From: an uncultured bacterium
GTDB lineage: Bacteria; B130-G9
Assembly: GCA_965372715.1 (NCBI GenBank)
Contig: CBDVDH010000042.1
Span: 1-34,342, forward strand
Direction of reading: 5' to 3'
DNA: 34,342 nucleotides
Below are positions 17,505 through 27,198 of this stretch, piece after piece. The position numbers and the translations under genes are program-made. Each line of letters starts with the position of its first letter. Positions within the stretch are counted from its first letter, which is position 1. The notes beneath the pieces were generated by a model. The model did not search any database and had not been told where the DNA came from. It saw only the letters and a program-made list of their open reading frames with translations.

Positions 17505-19319
17505 CTACTCCGAAGTGGGCGCGACCTCATTCGCGCCCTCAGGGGCTGGCTCAGGTTCTGCGGGCTGCGTCTCAGGCTCGGCCTCGGTTTCAGCTTCTGC
17601 CTCGGCAGCCTGCCGGGCCTTCTGCTGGCGTTGCCGCGAGAGCTTGACGCGTTCCGAGGCGTGTGCATTCTCCTTGTCGATTCTTAGGACTTTGCCATAG
17701 TAGAAACCCGCTTTGCTGAACTCCTCGGCCTTGAAGAAAGCGTCGCCAATCTCCGTGTAGGTCCGCACGATGTCGGTGATGATGGCCTTGGCGTCTTGGT
17801 TTTCAGGGCCCTCCTCCAGGACCTTTTTCGCGAAATAGTAGGCGCTTTCACCCTCGGGCGTGGTGTAGAACTTCTTTTTGAATGCGTCCCTCGCGTTTGT
17901 CAGAAGGTCGGCGGTTCTCTGCATCTTGTCAATTGCGGCCCTCAGGTCCAGCACATGCAAGTTCTCTGGCTCCATCTCCAGAACCTGGTCCAGAAGCACG
18001 TTTGCCTCAACGAGTTCGGAATCCCTGATGTAGCGCCTCGCCTTCTTCAGAAACGAGTCGATAGTCCTCTGTCTCTGAATGATCCTCAAGAGCTCCGCGC
18101 CGACCGCCGGATCGCCCTTGAGCTCCAGCGCCATCTGAACTTCTTTCTCGGCTCCGTCCAATTCGCTCTGTGCGATTAGGTCTCTGGCGTATGAGAAGTG
18201 AACGCTCGGCTCTGGCTCGGGAGACTTCGGCTTCGCAGGAGCGCCCTTCTTCCCTTGCTTGGCGTCTTCTGAGAGATATTCTGTCAGCGCCTCTCGCGGT
18301 CCCGAAATGTCTCTTGGGATCATGCTCACGAGCTTTGCGACGCCCAATATCGCTCCGAGGATTAAGATACCGACGAGTGCAAAGCCTATCATGCGTTTTC
18401 TGAGGAGCTTATCTTTGATGGGCCTCATCAAAGAGGCCGGCAGCTCCGGCGGTCTCGTCTTGGCTTGGACTTTGCCCTCTAACGCATAGGACATGACGAT
18501 GAAACTCTCCCAGCGCTGCCAGGGTTTCGGGCTCAGGGCCTTCTTGACAATGTAGTCCCCACTAGCGTGCCTCAGTTCGTCTGATGGCTTCAACGCCTCC
18601 GCGTCCGAGGCGCGTTCCTCTGGCTTGTGTGTTGAGCGTCTGGCCTGAGTGGATAAGTCGGGGAAGCTTCCAGTCTGCATCTCGTGGAACAGGATACCGG
18701 CGGCGTAGATGTCGCACCCTATGTCATAAATAGGCTTGCCTACCCGTTGCTCAGGGGCCAGATACTCAATTAACTGAGCCCTATTGATTTCCGAGGATTT
18801 TCTGGCGCCGGGCGAGCGAAGCAGCCAATCCTTCATTTGCCTTGAGATGCCCAAATCGCAGAGCAAGAGCTCGCCTTCCTTGCTGATCATGACGTTGCGC
18901 CGGGTTAGATCGTAATGTCCCAGGCCGTAAGAATGCGCTAAATGCATCGCCGAGCAGAGCTGAAGCATGTGCTGCTTCGCAACTTCAGGCTTCAGCGGAC
19001 CGTGTTTCTTCAGGATATCTTCGAGTGTGAGGCCGTCAACGTAATCGCTTACGACGGCGATCTGATCACCGGAGACAATGAACTCCATGTATCTGACGAT
19101 GGCTGGATGTTTGACGGACGCAATCGCCGTGAAGCTTCTGCGCAATTTCCGAATGAAATCCCGGTCCGATGCAAACACCGGCCTAAGAACCTTCACGACG
19201 ACTTTCTGCTGCAATTGAAGGTCTGTCGCGAGATAAGCAGTCCCGGTCGCGCCTCCAGCCTCGTGCCCGAGCCGCTTTTCGAGGCGATACCTGTCTTGGA
19301 TTATTGTCTGGTTTTTCAT
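17505..19319 (-). CDS. Hanks-type Ser/Thr kinase-like protein with TM helix and extracytoplasmic TPR-like repeats
   Basis: DRYRLEKRLG, VVVK, HPAIV, HYDLTRRN, CDLG, YLAPEQ, DIYAAG; TM IGFALVGILILGAILGV; TPR-like helices. Confidence 0.85.
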   Translation of the reverse strand: MKNQTIIQDRYRLEKRLGHEAGGATGTAYLATDLQLQQKVVVKVLRPVFASDRDFIRKLRRSFTAIASVKHPAIVRYMEFIVSGDQIAVVSDYVDGLTLEDILKKHGPLKPEVAKQHMLQLCSAMHLAHSYGLGHYDLTRRNVMISKEGELLLCDLGISRQMKDWLLRSPGARKSSEINRAQLIEYLAPEQRVGKPIYDIGCDIYAAGILFHEMQTGSFPDLSTQARRSTHKPEERASDAEALKPSDELRHASGDYIVKKALSPKPWQRWESFIVMSYALEGKVQAKTRPPELPASLMRPIKDKLLRKRMIGFALVGILILGAILGVAKLVSMIPRDISGPREALTEYLSEDAKQGKKGAPAKPKSPEPEPSVHFSYARDLIAQSELDGAEKEVQMALELKGDPAVGAELLRIIQRQRTIDSFLKKARRYIRDSELVEANVLLDQVLEMEPENLHVLDLRAAIDKMQRTADLLTNARDAFKKKFYTTPEGESAYYFAKKVLEEGPENQDAKAIITDIVRTYTEIGDAFFKAEEFSKAGFYYGKVLRIDKENAHASERVKLSRQRQQKARQAAEAEAETEAEPETQPAEPEPAPEGANEVAPTSE

Positions 19320-19382
19320 CTCTGACGCGCGATCGACCTCAAGCAGATGATAGGTCTAGATAACGCTCTCAATCATCTCGGT

Positions 19383-19565
19383 CTAGGCCTTGCCGTCATC
19401 TGGGTTGAGGGCTTCAGGTGTGCGCTCCACAGGCGTCTCAGGCTCCTCTTCCCGATAGACCTCCACGACTGCCCTGACCTGTATTCCGGCCTCGGTCAAA
19501 ACCTTTTTCACCTGACCCGCTTTGGCGTCGTTGGTTTTTACCACGAAATTGACCTTTGCGGGCAA
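19383..19565 (-). CDS. Small hypothetical protein (about 60 aa)
   Basis: GAGGTG RBS then TTG (MPAKVNFVVKTNDAKAGQVKKVLTEAGIQVR...); upstream TTGACA-18-TACATT (19674-19703). Confidence 0.6.
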   Translation of the reverse strand: MPAKVNFVVKTNDAKAGQVKKVLTEAGIQVRAVVEVYREEEPETPVERTPEALNPDDGKA

Positions 19566-19779
19566 TTTATTCACCTCTTGCTGCACATTTGGCGTTCAGC
19601 CCACATATCTGATTCTAGACAGCCGCAGAGCACCTAATCGACTTTGCCGATTGAGCTTACATTCTACAAATACAATGTAGAGCAGCAGTGTGTCTGTTGT
19701 CAACACGGCGAGGGCTTCCGGGAAGAGAAACAGTCCGAGCCCTAAAGCCGAGATTCGAGGAAGCAGACGGGTCTGAACG

Positions 19780-20934
19780 TCATTCAGTCTCTGTTTGTGA
19801 GAGGAGTTGGTCCACGGCGTCTAGGACGTCGCCCACGCCGATCTCCAAGAGGCATCTGGGGTTCGGACACGAGCGAAGCTCGCACGGGCTGCAATCGACT
19901 CTATGCGAGATGATCGCCACGTTGTGACCGGGCGGGCGCCAGACTGAGACATCATTCGTCCCGCCAAAAACGATTGCCGTTGGAATCCCAACGTTCGCCG
20001 CCATCTGGGCAGGGCCTGAATCGTTGCCCAGGAACAGGCGCGCTTGTGACAGGAGGGCGATAAGCTCCTTCAGATCGGTCTTGCCAGCGAGGTTGAGCGC
20101 ATGTGAACGGGACGCTATCTGCTTTGCGCAAGCGACATCGTTAGGCCCGCCCACGAGCACGGCCTGCAAATCGTATTGGCTCACGATGGCGTCAATAGCC
20201 TGCGCGAACCGCTCTTGCGGCCAGACCTTCGTAGGTATTGAGGCGGATGGGTGGACTGCGAAGAATGGCTCTCGCAATTGGGAGTATGACTCGAACAAGG
20301 AACTGACGATCCCAGGGTCAGGCGCGAGCTGCACGGACTTCAGCCGGGTTTCTGCGCCCAACAGAGCCGCGACCCTCAGATTGTGTTCTGTTTCGGGCAC
20401 GTCTCTCAGATAGTCGAGCGAGGCGCCAAGCAGGAAGCCCGCGCCGGCCGAACTCACGCCGATTCTCGCTGGGATACCACTCAACCACATGGCCGTAATC
20501 ACTCGCGGGTCGCCGCGCGGGTCGAGCGCGACGTCAAAACGAGACGTCTTGAGAAGATTACGAAGCCAGCATGTGCAGGCAATTGACCTGACCAGGCCCG
20601 GCCTAGAGGCGTAGAGGTCGAAATCTGCGAACAGGACCTCGTCCACGAATGGGAGGCCCTCGAGTATCCCCGCCAGCTGCTCTCTAACAACTAGCGTGAG
20701 GGCCCCGTCGGGGAAACGCGCCCTTAGTGCCATTGCAGCCGGAAGCGCCGACAGGACGTCGCCGATACCATCGAGGCGGATGAATGCTATCTTCGGATTC
20801 TTGGGTAGTTTTTCGAGGCGCTTTGATGGCGTGTTGCGGACGATTGTTCCGAACCTGTATAGGCCGCCGCAGATAGTATCGCACAGCGCGGCCGCAATTC
20901 TGAGGCTCCGCCTGCGATAGATGTACCGCGTCAT
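19780..20934 (-). CDS. Glycosyltransferase family 9 (LPS heptosyltransferase-like)
   Basis: IRLDGIGDV, HPSASIPTKVWP, NLAGKTDLKEL, FLGNDSGPAQMA; ATGA overlap with upstream GT4. Confidence 0.92.
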   Translation of the reverse strand: MTRYIYRRRSLRIAAALCDTICGGLYRFGTIVRNTPSKRLEKLPKNPKIAFIRLDGIGDVLSALPAAMALRARFPDGALTLVVREQLAGILEGLPFVDEVLFADFDLYASRPGLVRSIACTCWLRNLLKTSRFDVALDPRGDPRVITAMWLSGIPARIGVSSAGAGFLLGASLDYLRDVPETEHNLRVAALLGAETRLKSVQLAPDPGIVSSLFESYSQLREPFFAVHPSASIPTKVWPQERFAQAIDAIVSQYDLQAVLVGGPNDVACAKQIASRSHALNLAGKTDLKELIALLSQARLFLGNDSGPAQMAANVGIPTAIVFGGTNDVSVWRPPGHNVAIISHRVDCSPCELRSCPNPRCLLEIGVGDVLDAVDQLLSQTETE

Positions 20935-22097
20935 TCGCGTTCCAGACATACTTGACGGTAGATCGAAAGCGTCTTCTTCGCTGTTTCGTCCCACGTGAAA
21001 TGTGATGCTCTCTCGTGGCCTCTCTTGCTCGTTTCGGCCCGAAGCCTCTCGTCGCGCCAAAGCTCCCAGATGCGATCCGCAAGCTCTTTGGCGTCGCCAC
21101 ACTCGAAGTAGGCCGCCGCCTCGCCATAGACCTCCGGCAGCGCGCCTCGTCTGGTTGAAGTGACCGGAACCCCGGCGGCCATCGCCTCAAGTCCCGGAAG
21201 GCCGAAGCCCTCATATCTTGACGCAACCACCGCCAAGCGCGCCCCAGCCAGGAGAGGGAAGACGTCCTCCTCAGGCACGTAGCCCGTGAGGTGCAGCGGC
21301 CAGCGCTTTGCGACATCATCACACCTTTCGAGCAGAGCCTCACACGCCCAGCCCCTGAGCCCCGCGAGAACTAGCGCCCCTTCAAAGTTACGCTCGGTCC
21401 AAAGCGCCTCCATCGCATCCAGAACCGTGCCGATGCCCTTGCGCGGCTCGATTGTCCCGAAATGCAGCACGTAGGGTTGATCGGTTGGCAGCTTGTTCGC
21501 CGAAGCTTGTTGCGAAGGCGAATTGGGAGTTGATGAGTTGGACGCGCCGTGGCCGCCGAAGAATCGCTCGTCGATGCCCTGATGGACGACCGAGATTCTG
21601 TCGCTGGCGACGCCTAGCAGCGCTCTGATGTCATCGGCAGTGGCCTGCGAGACGGCGATTATGTGGTCCGCCTCGTGGATGATCTTCGGCAGAATGCGAT
21701 GGTGATATTGCCCGCCAGTTTGGTGCGTCTCTTCCGGGTGTTTCAGGAAAAAAAGGTCGTGAATCGTTGTGATGCGTTTGCCCCTTCTCTGTGGGAACAC
21801 AAAGTTATTGGGTGTATGAAACAGATCGACCTTCCCGATTGCGGTCTCGACCGTTGGCCAGCGGAAGTGCTCCCAAAGGAACAGCACGCCCCTGCCGGGC
21901 CATTTCTTGTGGACGAGTGAGACGTTGGGGTAATCGCCAAACAAGTCCCTTGGCGGCGCATCCTTATAGGAAATCGTGAGCACGACGAACTCGTCGTCCG
22001 GGGCGGCCTTAGCCAGCGCCTCAACAAGGGACTTTACGTAGCGACCGATCCCCGTCGGCTCCTTCAGCATCGCCGACCCATCAATCCCGATTCTCAT
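20931..22097 (-). CDS. Glycosyltransferase family 4
   Basis: MRIGIDG...TGIGRY, TIHDL, GTIEPRKG, SRYEGFGLPGLEAMAAGVPV, FTWDETA. Confidence 0.95.
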   Translation of the reverse strand: MRIGIDGSAMLKEPTGIGRYVKSLVEALAKAAPDDEFVVLTISYKDAPPRDLFGDYPNVSLVHKKWPGRGVLFLWEHFRWPTVETAIGKVDLFHTPNNFVFPQRRGKRITTIHDLFFLKHPEETHQTGGQYHHRILPKIIHEADHIIAVSQATADDIRALLGVASDRISVVHQGIDERFFGGHGASNSSTPNSPSQQASANKLPTDQPYVLHFGTIEPRKGIGTVLDAMEALWTERNFEGALVLAGLRGWACEALLERCDDVAKRWPLHLTGYVPEEDVFPLLAGARLAVVASRYEGFGLPGLEAMAAGVPVTSTRRGALPEVYGEAAAYFECGDAKELADRIWELWRDERLRAETSKRGHERASHFTWDETAKKTLSIYRQVCLERE

Positions 22098-22765
22098 CGC
22101 TCGGCCGCTTGGTCTCCCAGGTAATCGCTTAGCACTTGGATCACCGCAATGCAGAACGCTTCGAAACGTCTGTTCTGGTCGCGCTGATGATAGCGGTTGA
22201 TCAGGCGCCGGACGTCGGCGTCGTGCAGTAGGATATCGTCATTTAGAATGGCGTTAATGGCTTCTCTGCGCTCCGCGCGAAGATTGCTGCAATCTAGCCT
22301 CAGCTTGCCTATTGTCTCTCGTGCACCCTTGTCATGCTCGTTGGTAGAGAAAATGCGCCCATCAGCACCGAATCGAAAGCGCTTCTCACAGTCGGAACTC
22401 AGGGGAGAAACCATCAGGTTTGGGTCATACCAGCCGCCTTTGGCGAAGCCACACCGCGCGTCCGCCGGCGGTTTGGGACCGCGTTGGCAGGAAAGGAGGA
22501 GATTTGTGTAATCATGCTCTCCATTCTGGAGAGTCCCGTGGCAGATGTGTTTTGGAATCAGGTGCTCGACGTGGCTGTCATTGTCCGAGGAGACGCGACA
22601 CCCACAATAGCAGCAGATGAATCCCTGCTCCCGCTTCAGAGCCTCGCGGATAGCATCCTTGATTTCCTTTCGGACGTTTTTCCAGCGCTTGTGCTGATGT
22701 TTTGGTTTCTCCCTCCTCCATTCAGAGAGCTCAATGGGTTCATCTTGTTTCTCGATAAACTTCAC
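22094..22765 (-). CDS. ptuB: HNH endonuclease, PtuB/TIGR02646-like
   Basis: LKREQGFICCYCG, HVEHLIPK, YTNLLLSC, TIGKLRLD...LRAERR; GTGA overlap with ATPase stop. Confidence 0.82.
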   Translation of the reverse strand: MKFIEKQDEPIELSEWRREKPKHQHKRWKNVRKEIKDAIREALKREQGFICCYCGCRVSSDNDSHVEHLIPKHICHGTLQNGEHDYTNLLLSCQRGPKPPADARCGFAKGGWYDPNLMVSPLSSDCEKRFRFGADGRIFSTNEHDKGARETIGKLRLDCSNLRAERREAINAILNDDILLHDADVRRLINRYHQRDQNRRFEAFCIAVIQVLSDYLGDQAAER

Positions 22766-24060
22766 CGACCCAAGACCTCTTTGCGATGGATCAATACCTG
22801 GGCCTTCGTCAGTTCCGGATGGGAGCCAATCGTCTCTCGCAACTGATCCAGAAGCCTCTGTGCATCGGGAAGATCGTCCTTGTCAATGGCAGAAAACAAT
22901 TCATCCATTTGCTCTTGGATCTCGCGCGGTCGGTCGGGAACATTCATGGAATCCTCGAGAATGCGATTTGAATCCATCCCATATATGCTCGCAGGATGTG
23001 AGACTAGTGTGTCCATGCCCTCTTTTTTCAGAGCAAACACGCTTTCAACGTCCCTTACATGGCTGAGAACTTGCGGCGAATGTGTCGTGAGGATGAACTG
23101 GCAATTCGGAAACGTTCGTTGAAGACCGGGGACAATCATTCGCTGCCACCTCGGATGCAGATGCAGATCAATCTCGTCAATCATGACGACACCGTAGCCC
23201 ATGAGCGGGTCTTTCAAAGAGGGGTTGGCGATCGCAAGGCGACGCGCCAAGTCGCCCACCAGCGCCAGCGTGCATTTCTCGCCGTCAGATAACTGATTCA
23301 CCACGAGAACCTCCGCGTTTTTCTCGATTGTCATTCGCAATCTCGGTTTCCGCCGAACCGTCAGGTTGGAGAAGTCCGGTAGGAATTCTCCAATTGCGGT
23401 TCTGACTGCCTCAAGCTGAAGGTCCGGAAGCAGGCCGGCGTCGTGCTGACCACTATCGAACACCGACGGTTCCATCCTTCTGCGTAATTCCTCGTTTTCA
23501 ATGTCCTCTCTGTTACGATACCACTCGAAGAATCTGCGGAAGTCGCTCGCACCACCGGTTAGACTCTCCTGGTAAGTGGATAGTTGGTCAAACGGGTGCC
23601 TCGTACGAATTCGCAATGGAATATCCAGAACGGTCCGATTAACGCCGTAATGAACGCAAACAGGAAGGCTTTGATTCTCATCCCGCTCGAATCCATCCTG
23701 AAACTGCCTCACCACAGGTTTAATCTGTTCGAAATTACTGAAAGCGCGTGCTATCTGTCGTCTTCCGAGACGCGCCTTGGTGAATCGCCATCCGACGCGC
23801 TCTCCGTTCAGATTGATGGCAATCTCGTTATCCGTCTCCGACTCTCCGTTCGTGATGTCCCATTCTGAGTAAGAGCGACCAGTCCCGCTTTCAGAACGGA
23901 TCCGCCCAATCAGCCGAGACAGCATGATCGCCAGCAGGTCTAGAATTGCCGATTTGCCGGAGCCGTTCTCGCCGATGAAGACATTCATTCTGTCGTGGAA
24001 ATCGATCGTGAGTGATCGGATGCCGCGGAAGTTCTTGATTCTTAGGGTTTCGACTTTCAT
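22762..24060 (-). CDS. ptuA: AAA/ABC ATPase, PtuA-like (Septu / retron I-A effector ATPase)
   Basis: IGENGSGKS, FFEWYRNREDIENE, QLSDGEK, DLARRLAIANP, MIDEIDLHLHPRWQ, TTHSPQV, YGMDSN. Confidence 0.85.
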   Translation of the reverse strand: MKVETLRIKNFRGIRSLTIDFHDRMNVFIGENGSGKSAILDLLAIMLSRLIGRIRSESGTGRSYSEWDITNGESETDNEIAINLNGERVGWRFTKARLGRRQIARAFSNFEQIKPVVRQFQDGFERDENQSLPVCVHYGVNRTVLDIPLRIRTRHPFDQLSTYQESLTGGASDFRRFFEWYRNREDIENEELRRRMEPSVFDSGQHDAGLLPDLQLEAVRTAIGEFLPDFSNLTVRRKPRLRMTIEKNAEVLVVNQLSDGEKCTLALVGDLARRLAIANPSLKDPLMGYGVVMIDEIDLHLHPRWQRMIVPGLQRTFPNCQFILTTHSPQVLSHVRDVESVFALKKEGMDTLVSHPASIYGMDSNRILEDSMNVPDRPREIQEQMDELFSAIDKDDLPDAQRLLDQLRETIGSHPELTKAQVLIHRKEVLGR

Positions 24061-24097
24061 TTGTCCTTACTCCACTGCAATTGTGGGTGCATTCAAC

Positions 24098-26950
24098 TCA
24101 ATCGCTTGTCCGTCCTTGCTCAATCGCTGCTTCGTCCAGTTCCGCAAACGGCGTCAGCGCACGCCATTCTCGCCCATCTGATTCGATGATAATGCAATGC
24201 AACTCATTTGTTCTGAGGATTCTGCATCCGGCGCGTTCATTCTGCAAAGGCGAAGCCTTCGACTTTCTCCAATGTTGATCGGCGCCGGATACGACCAGGG
24301 CGTCGGGCGAGACGAGCTCCATAAACTCGCTGCTCACAGACGTCTTATAGCCCTTGGGGACGACGAGTATCGTGCTCTTGAGCGCGGCGCCGTATTCGGA
24401 TAGGAGGATTTGCGAGATGCGACCGGGGTCGCTGAGGAATAGTATCGAGAACTCGCCGAACTCAAGCCTGACTACAAGCGACCTCTCGGCGAAGGACCGC
24501 AGATTCAGCCCAGTCTGATTGCCGATTTTCATCACTGGCACGCCGAACTCATCAATTGCTGAGCGGAACTTCCTGTATTTCCTGCTCGTGCAGTCGAAAT
24601 CACGAAAAACAACCTGTCCGATCTGAAGCCCGCCCAGGGAGCCTGAACCTGCCTCCGACAGCAGTGAGAACAGGCCATCGATGCGCTCGCTATGCGGGTT
24701 GCTCAGGACGAGGTGGTCGATCTCTCGGATGCCGCGGTGCCGCAGATATGGCAGCAGAACGTTTCTGCCAACCTCCGAGCCGCTACGGACGGAGCCACCG
24801 CCATCGATGACCACAACCTTGCCGCCCGGCGCCTCAACCACGCACGAGAATCCGCGTCCAACGTCTAAAAACGCGACGCGGAGCAGGTCGTCCGACGGCC
24901 ATCTCGCGCCGGCGAAGACTGACGAGATGAGAACGAGCGCCGCAAGTGAGGTCGCAACGGTTAGTTTTTTCGATGGCTTGTGGAGCAGGAAAGAGGCCAG
25001 AATCAGCGTGGTGTAGTATATGGCGCACGAGGTGAGAGAGGGTTTTGGCAGGCTCCATGATCTGCATATCAGCGCGAGAGCGCAGATTCCGGCGAGCGCG
25101 CTCCCAGTTACGATCGCCGCCACGATCAGTTTTGTGCGCGCAGGTCTGACAATGAAGAACCAAAGACAGAATAGGAATAGCACGAAGACCGCGTAGGCGT
25201 TAATGCAGGGCGTTGACGCCAGAAGCCGCGTCGGCAATGAACCTTTGCTGAACCAGTCATTGACCGTTTGCATCAGCCATGTGGCCCAGTCGGCTGGCGC
25301 TAGCAAGGCGCCTGCCAGCGTTTCGCTTACAACAGACGCAAGGAATGCAAGCAGCAGGATGGGAACCAAAAGCAGCGCGATCAGTACGACGTAGATATTT
25401 GCGAAAAGCCCAACGATGCTTATCCGGCCAAACCACCATGCGGCGAGCGGGGCCGTGCTGATTATCGCGACGGGTGATACCACCATTAGCTTCCTGATGC
25501 GCGCGGAAGGACCTCGGATGTGGTCAAGAGTGCTTCCTACTTTTACATGGACGACTGTCGCTCGCGAGAACCGGCGGCTAAATGGGAGTTCCAGGCCAAA
25601 GGAGCGAAGGACTTCTCTCACGCGCGTTGGCAATTTTGGCGCGCCCCTATTAGCCCAGGTAGGTATCTTTGAGAAGGGGGGTTGGAGTGCGATCGTGATG
25701 GAGATCGCGGCCACAAAGGACAGCTGAAATCCCGCCTCAAAAAGTGCCCCGGGCATCCACATCAGAATGGTGATCGCCGCCAGGGCGATGAAATTGAGGA
25801 TCTCTCGCTCGCGATCGAGAGCCTTTCCGAGCAAGTAGCACAGGACGATGATTCCCGCCCTGATTGTGGCGTGCCTTGGGCTAACAACCACCACATACAC
25901 CAGTACCGGCGCCAACGCTGCAATACAAGTCAACCGCAATCCAAACGTCCCCCCGACAAAGAGTCCCATTGATAGAAAGACTCGTTTGAAAAACCAAATG
26001 AAGAAGAACGCGACGAAGCCGACATGAAGGCCGGATATCGCGATGATGTGTGCGACGCCTATTCGCTGCATTTGGTCGTAATGATCGGTCGTAATGCCAG
26101 TTCTGTCGCCGAGGATTAGCGCCTTCATCATCGGAACGTTGTCAGGATGGCAGTTATTCTCCAACAGCTTGCGGAAGTTCCTCCTCCATGACCACAGGAG
26201 ATTGACCGCTCCCAAGAAGATGCCGTCATCACTTGCCTGAATGACCCTGACAGTTGACTCGGAAGAGCAGTAGGCCTGCCGCACGATACCCCTTCGAGCG
26301 TAGTATTCGCGGGCGTCGAAGCCGCCGGGATTCCGCACGGCGGACGGCCTGACTAGGCTGACAGCCGCCTCGATGGTGTCGCCGTAGTTGAGGTGACGTT
26401 TGGGGGCTATTGCGCTTGTCGTCGCTCTTGTGAAATGGCGAGAATCGGATTCGTCGAACTTGAGACTGGACATGGGCCATAGGTTGACCGTGTCGGCCTT
26501 GATACTGAACTGAACCTCGTAGGCGAGCCGTTCTATCCATTTTCGGCTACCTTCCTCGTGTGTAAAAACGCAGTCCTTCAGCACGACTCTGGTCCTGTTC
26601 TGTCGCTCGAAGACCTGCGGCTGCTCGCAGACTCTGCCTCGAAGCAGACCTTCGACCGCGCCCGGCGGAAGAGGGTCGCGGGGAGGGACCAGGCTGGCAT
26701 GATATCTGGCGAGGCCGAGAGCGGCTATTGCGAGCAGAAGTGGAATTGAGGCGCGCCTCAAGCGAAGTGCGCGTGTTGTGATGGCGGCCAGAATGAGAGC
26801 GCCGGCGATGACGAGAGGCGCCGTGAGGTCGAGGCGCAAGTGTCTGCCGAGCCAGATGCCTGCGCAGAGGGCGATCGCGGGCGGGACGAGCGGATTCCTT
26901 GCCCAGAAGCCGACTTGGGGTTCAGCGCTATTGTCGTTGTTTCTCAGCAT
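24098..26950 (-). CDS. comEC: ComEC/Rec2 DNA uptake channel (OB/DUF4131 + Competence + degenerate metallo-beta-lactamase domain)
   Basis: RNPGGFD, GVAHIIAISGLHV, GFQLSF, FLDVGRG...IDGGG. Confidence 0.92.
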   Translation of the reverse strand: MLRNNDNSAEPQVGFWARNPLVPPAIALCAGIWLGRHLRLDLTAPLVIAGALILAAITTRALRLRRASIPLLLAIAALGLARYHASLVPPRDPLPPGAVEGLLRGRVCEQPQVFERQNRTRVVLKDCVFTHEEGSRKWIERLAYEVQFSIKADTVNLWPMSSLKFDESDSRHFTRATTSAIAPKRHLNYGDTIEAAVSLVRPSAVRNPGGFDAREYYARRGIVRQAYCSSESTVRVIQASDDGIFLGAVNLLWSWRRNFRKLLENNCHPDNVPMMKALILGDRTGITTDHYDQMQRIGVAHIIAISGLHVGFVAFFFIWFFKRVFLSMGLFVGGTFGLRLTCIAALAPVLVYVVVVSPRHATIRAGIIVLCYLLGKALDREREILNFIALAAITILMWMPGALFEAGFQLSFVAAISITIALQPPFSKIPTWANRGAPKLPTRVREVLRSFGLELPFSRRFSRATVVHVKVGSTLDHIRGPSARIRKLMVVSPVAIISTAPLAAWWFGRISIVGLFANIYVVLIALLLVPILLLAFLASVVSETLAGALLAPADWATWLMQTVNDWFSKGSLPTRLLASTPCINAYAVFVLFLFCLWFFIVRPARTKLIVAAIVTGSALAGICALALICRSWSLPKPSLTSCAIYYTTLILASFLLHKPSKKLTVATSLAALVLISSVFAGARWPSDDLLRVAFLDVGRGFSCVVEAPGGKVVVIDGGGSVRSGSEVGRNVLLPYLRHRGIREIDHLVLSNPHSERIDGLFSLLSEAGSGSLGGLQIGQVVFRDFDCTSRKYRKFRSAIDEFGVPVMKIGNQTGLNLRSFAERSLVVRLEFGEFSILFLSDPGRISQILLSEYGAALKSTILVVPKGYKTSVSSEFMELVSPDALVVSGADQHWRKSKASPLQNERAGCRILRTNELHCIIIESDGREWRALTPFAELDEAAIEQGRTSD

Positions 26951-27198
26951 TTGCGCTCACTATTTGGAATAGCCATCGATGCTGAGGCTATGCGTCGAGG
27001 GCTTCTCTGTCAATATCTGCGACGGAGGAGACTGCGCCTGTCTATGGGCAGAGTCATACCAACCCATTTTGCTTTTCCTTGCGTCTCTCCCTGCTTGACT
27101 GTGCGGAAACTTCGTGCGTAGCTTGACATTCGGGCAGGTGTTGGCGCATGATCAAGAGGGCTTGCTGAACAACTAGGGCGTTCTTTGGAGGATTTCAT

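Noticed and set aside
22094-24097. Complete retron type I-A
   Set aside because: No reverse transcriptase (YADD) ORF and no space for msr/msd
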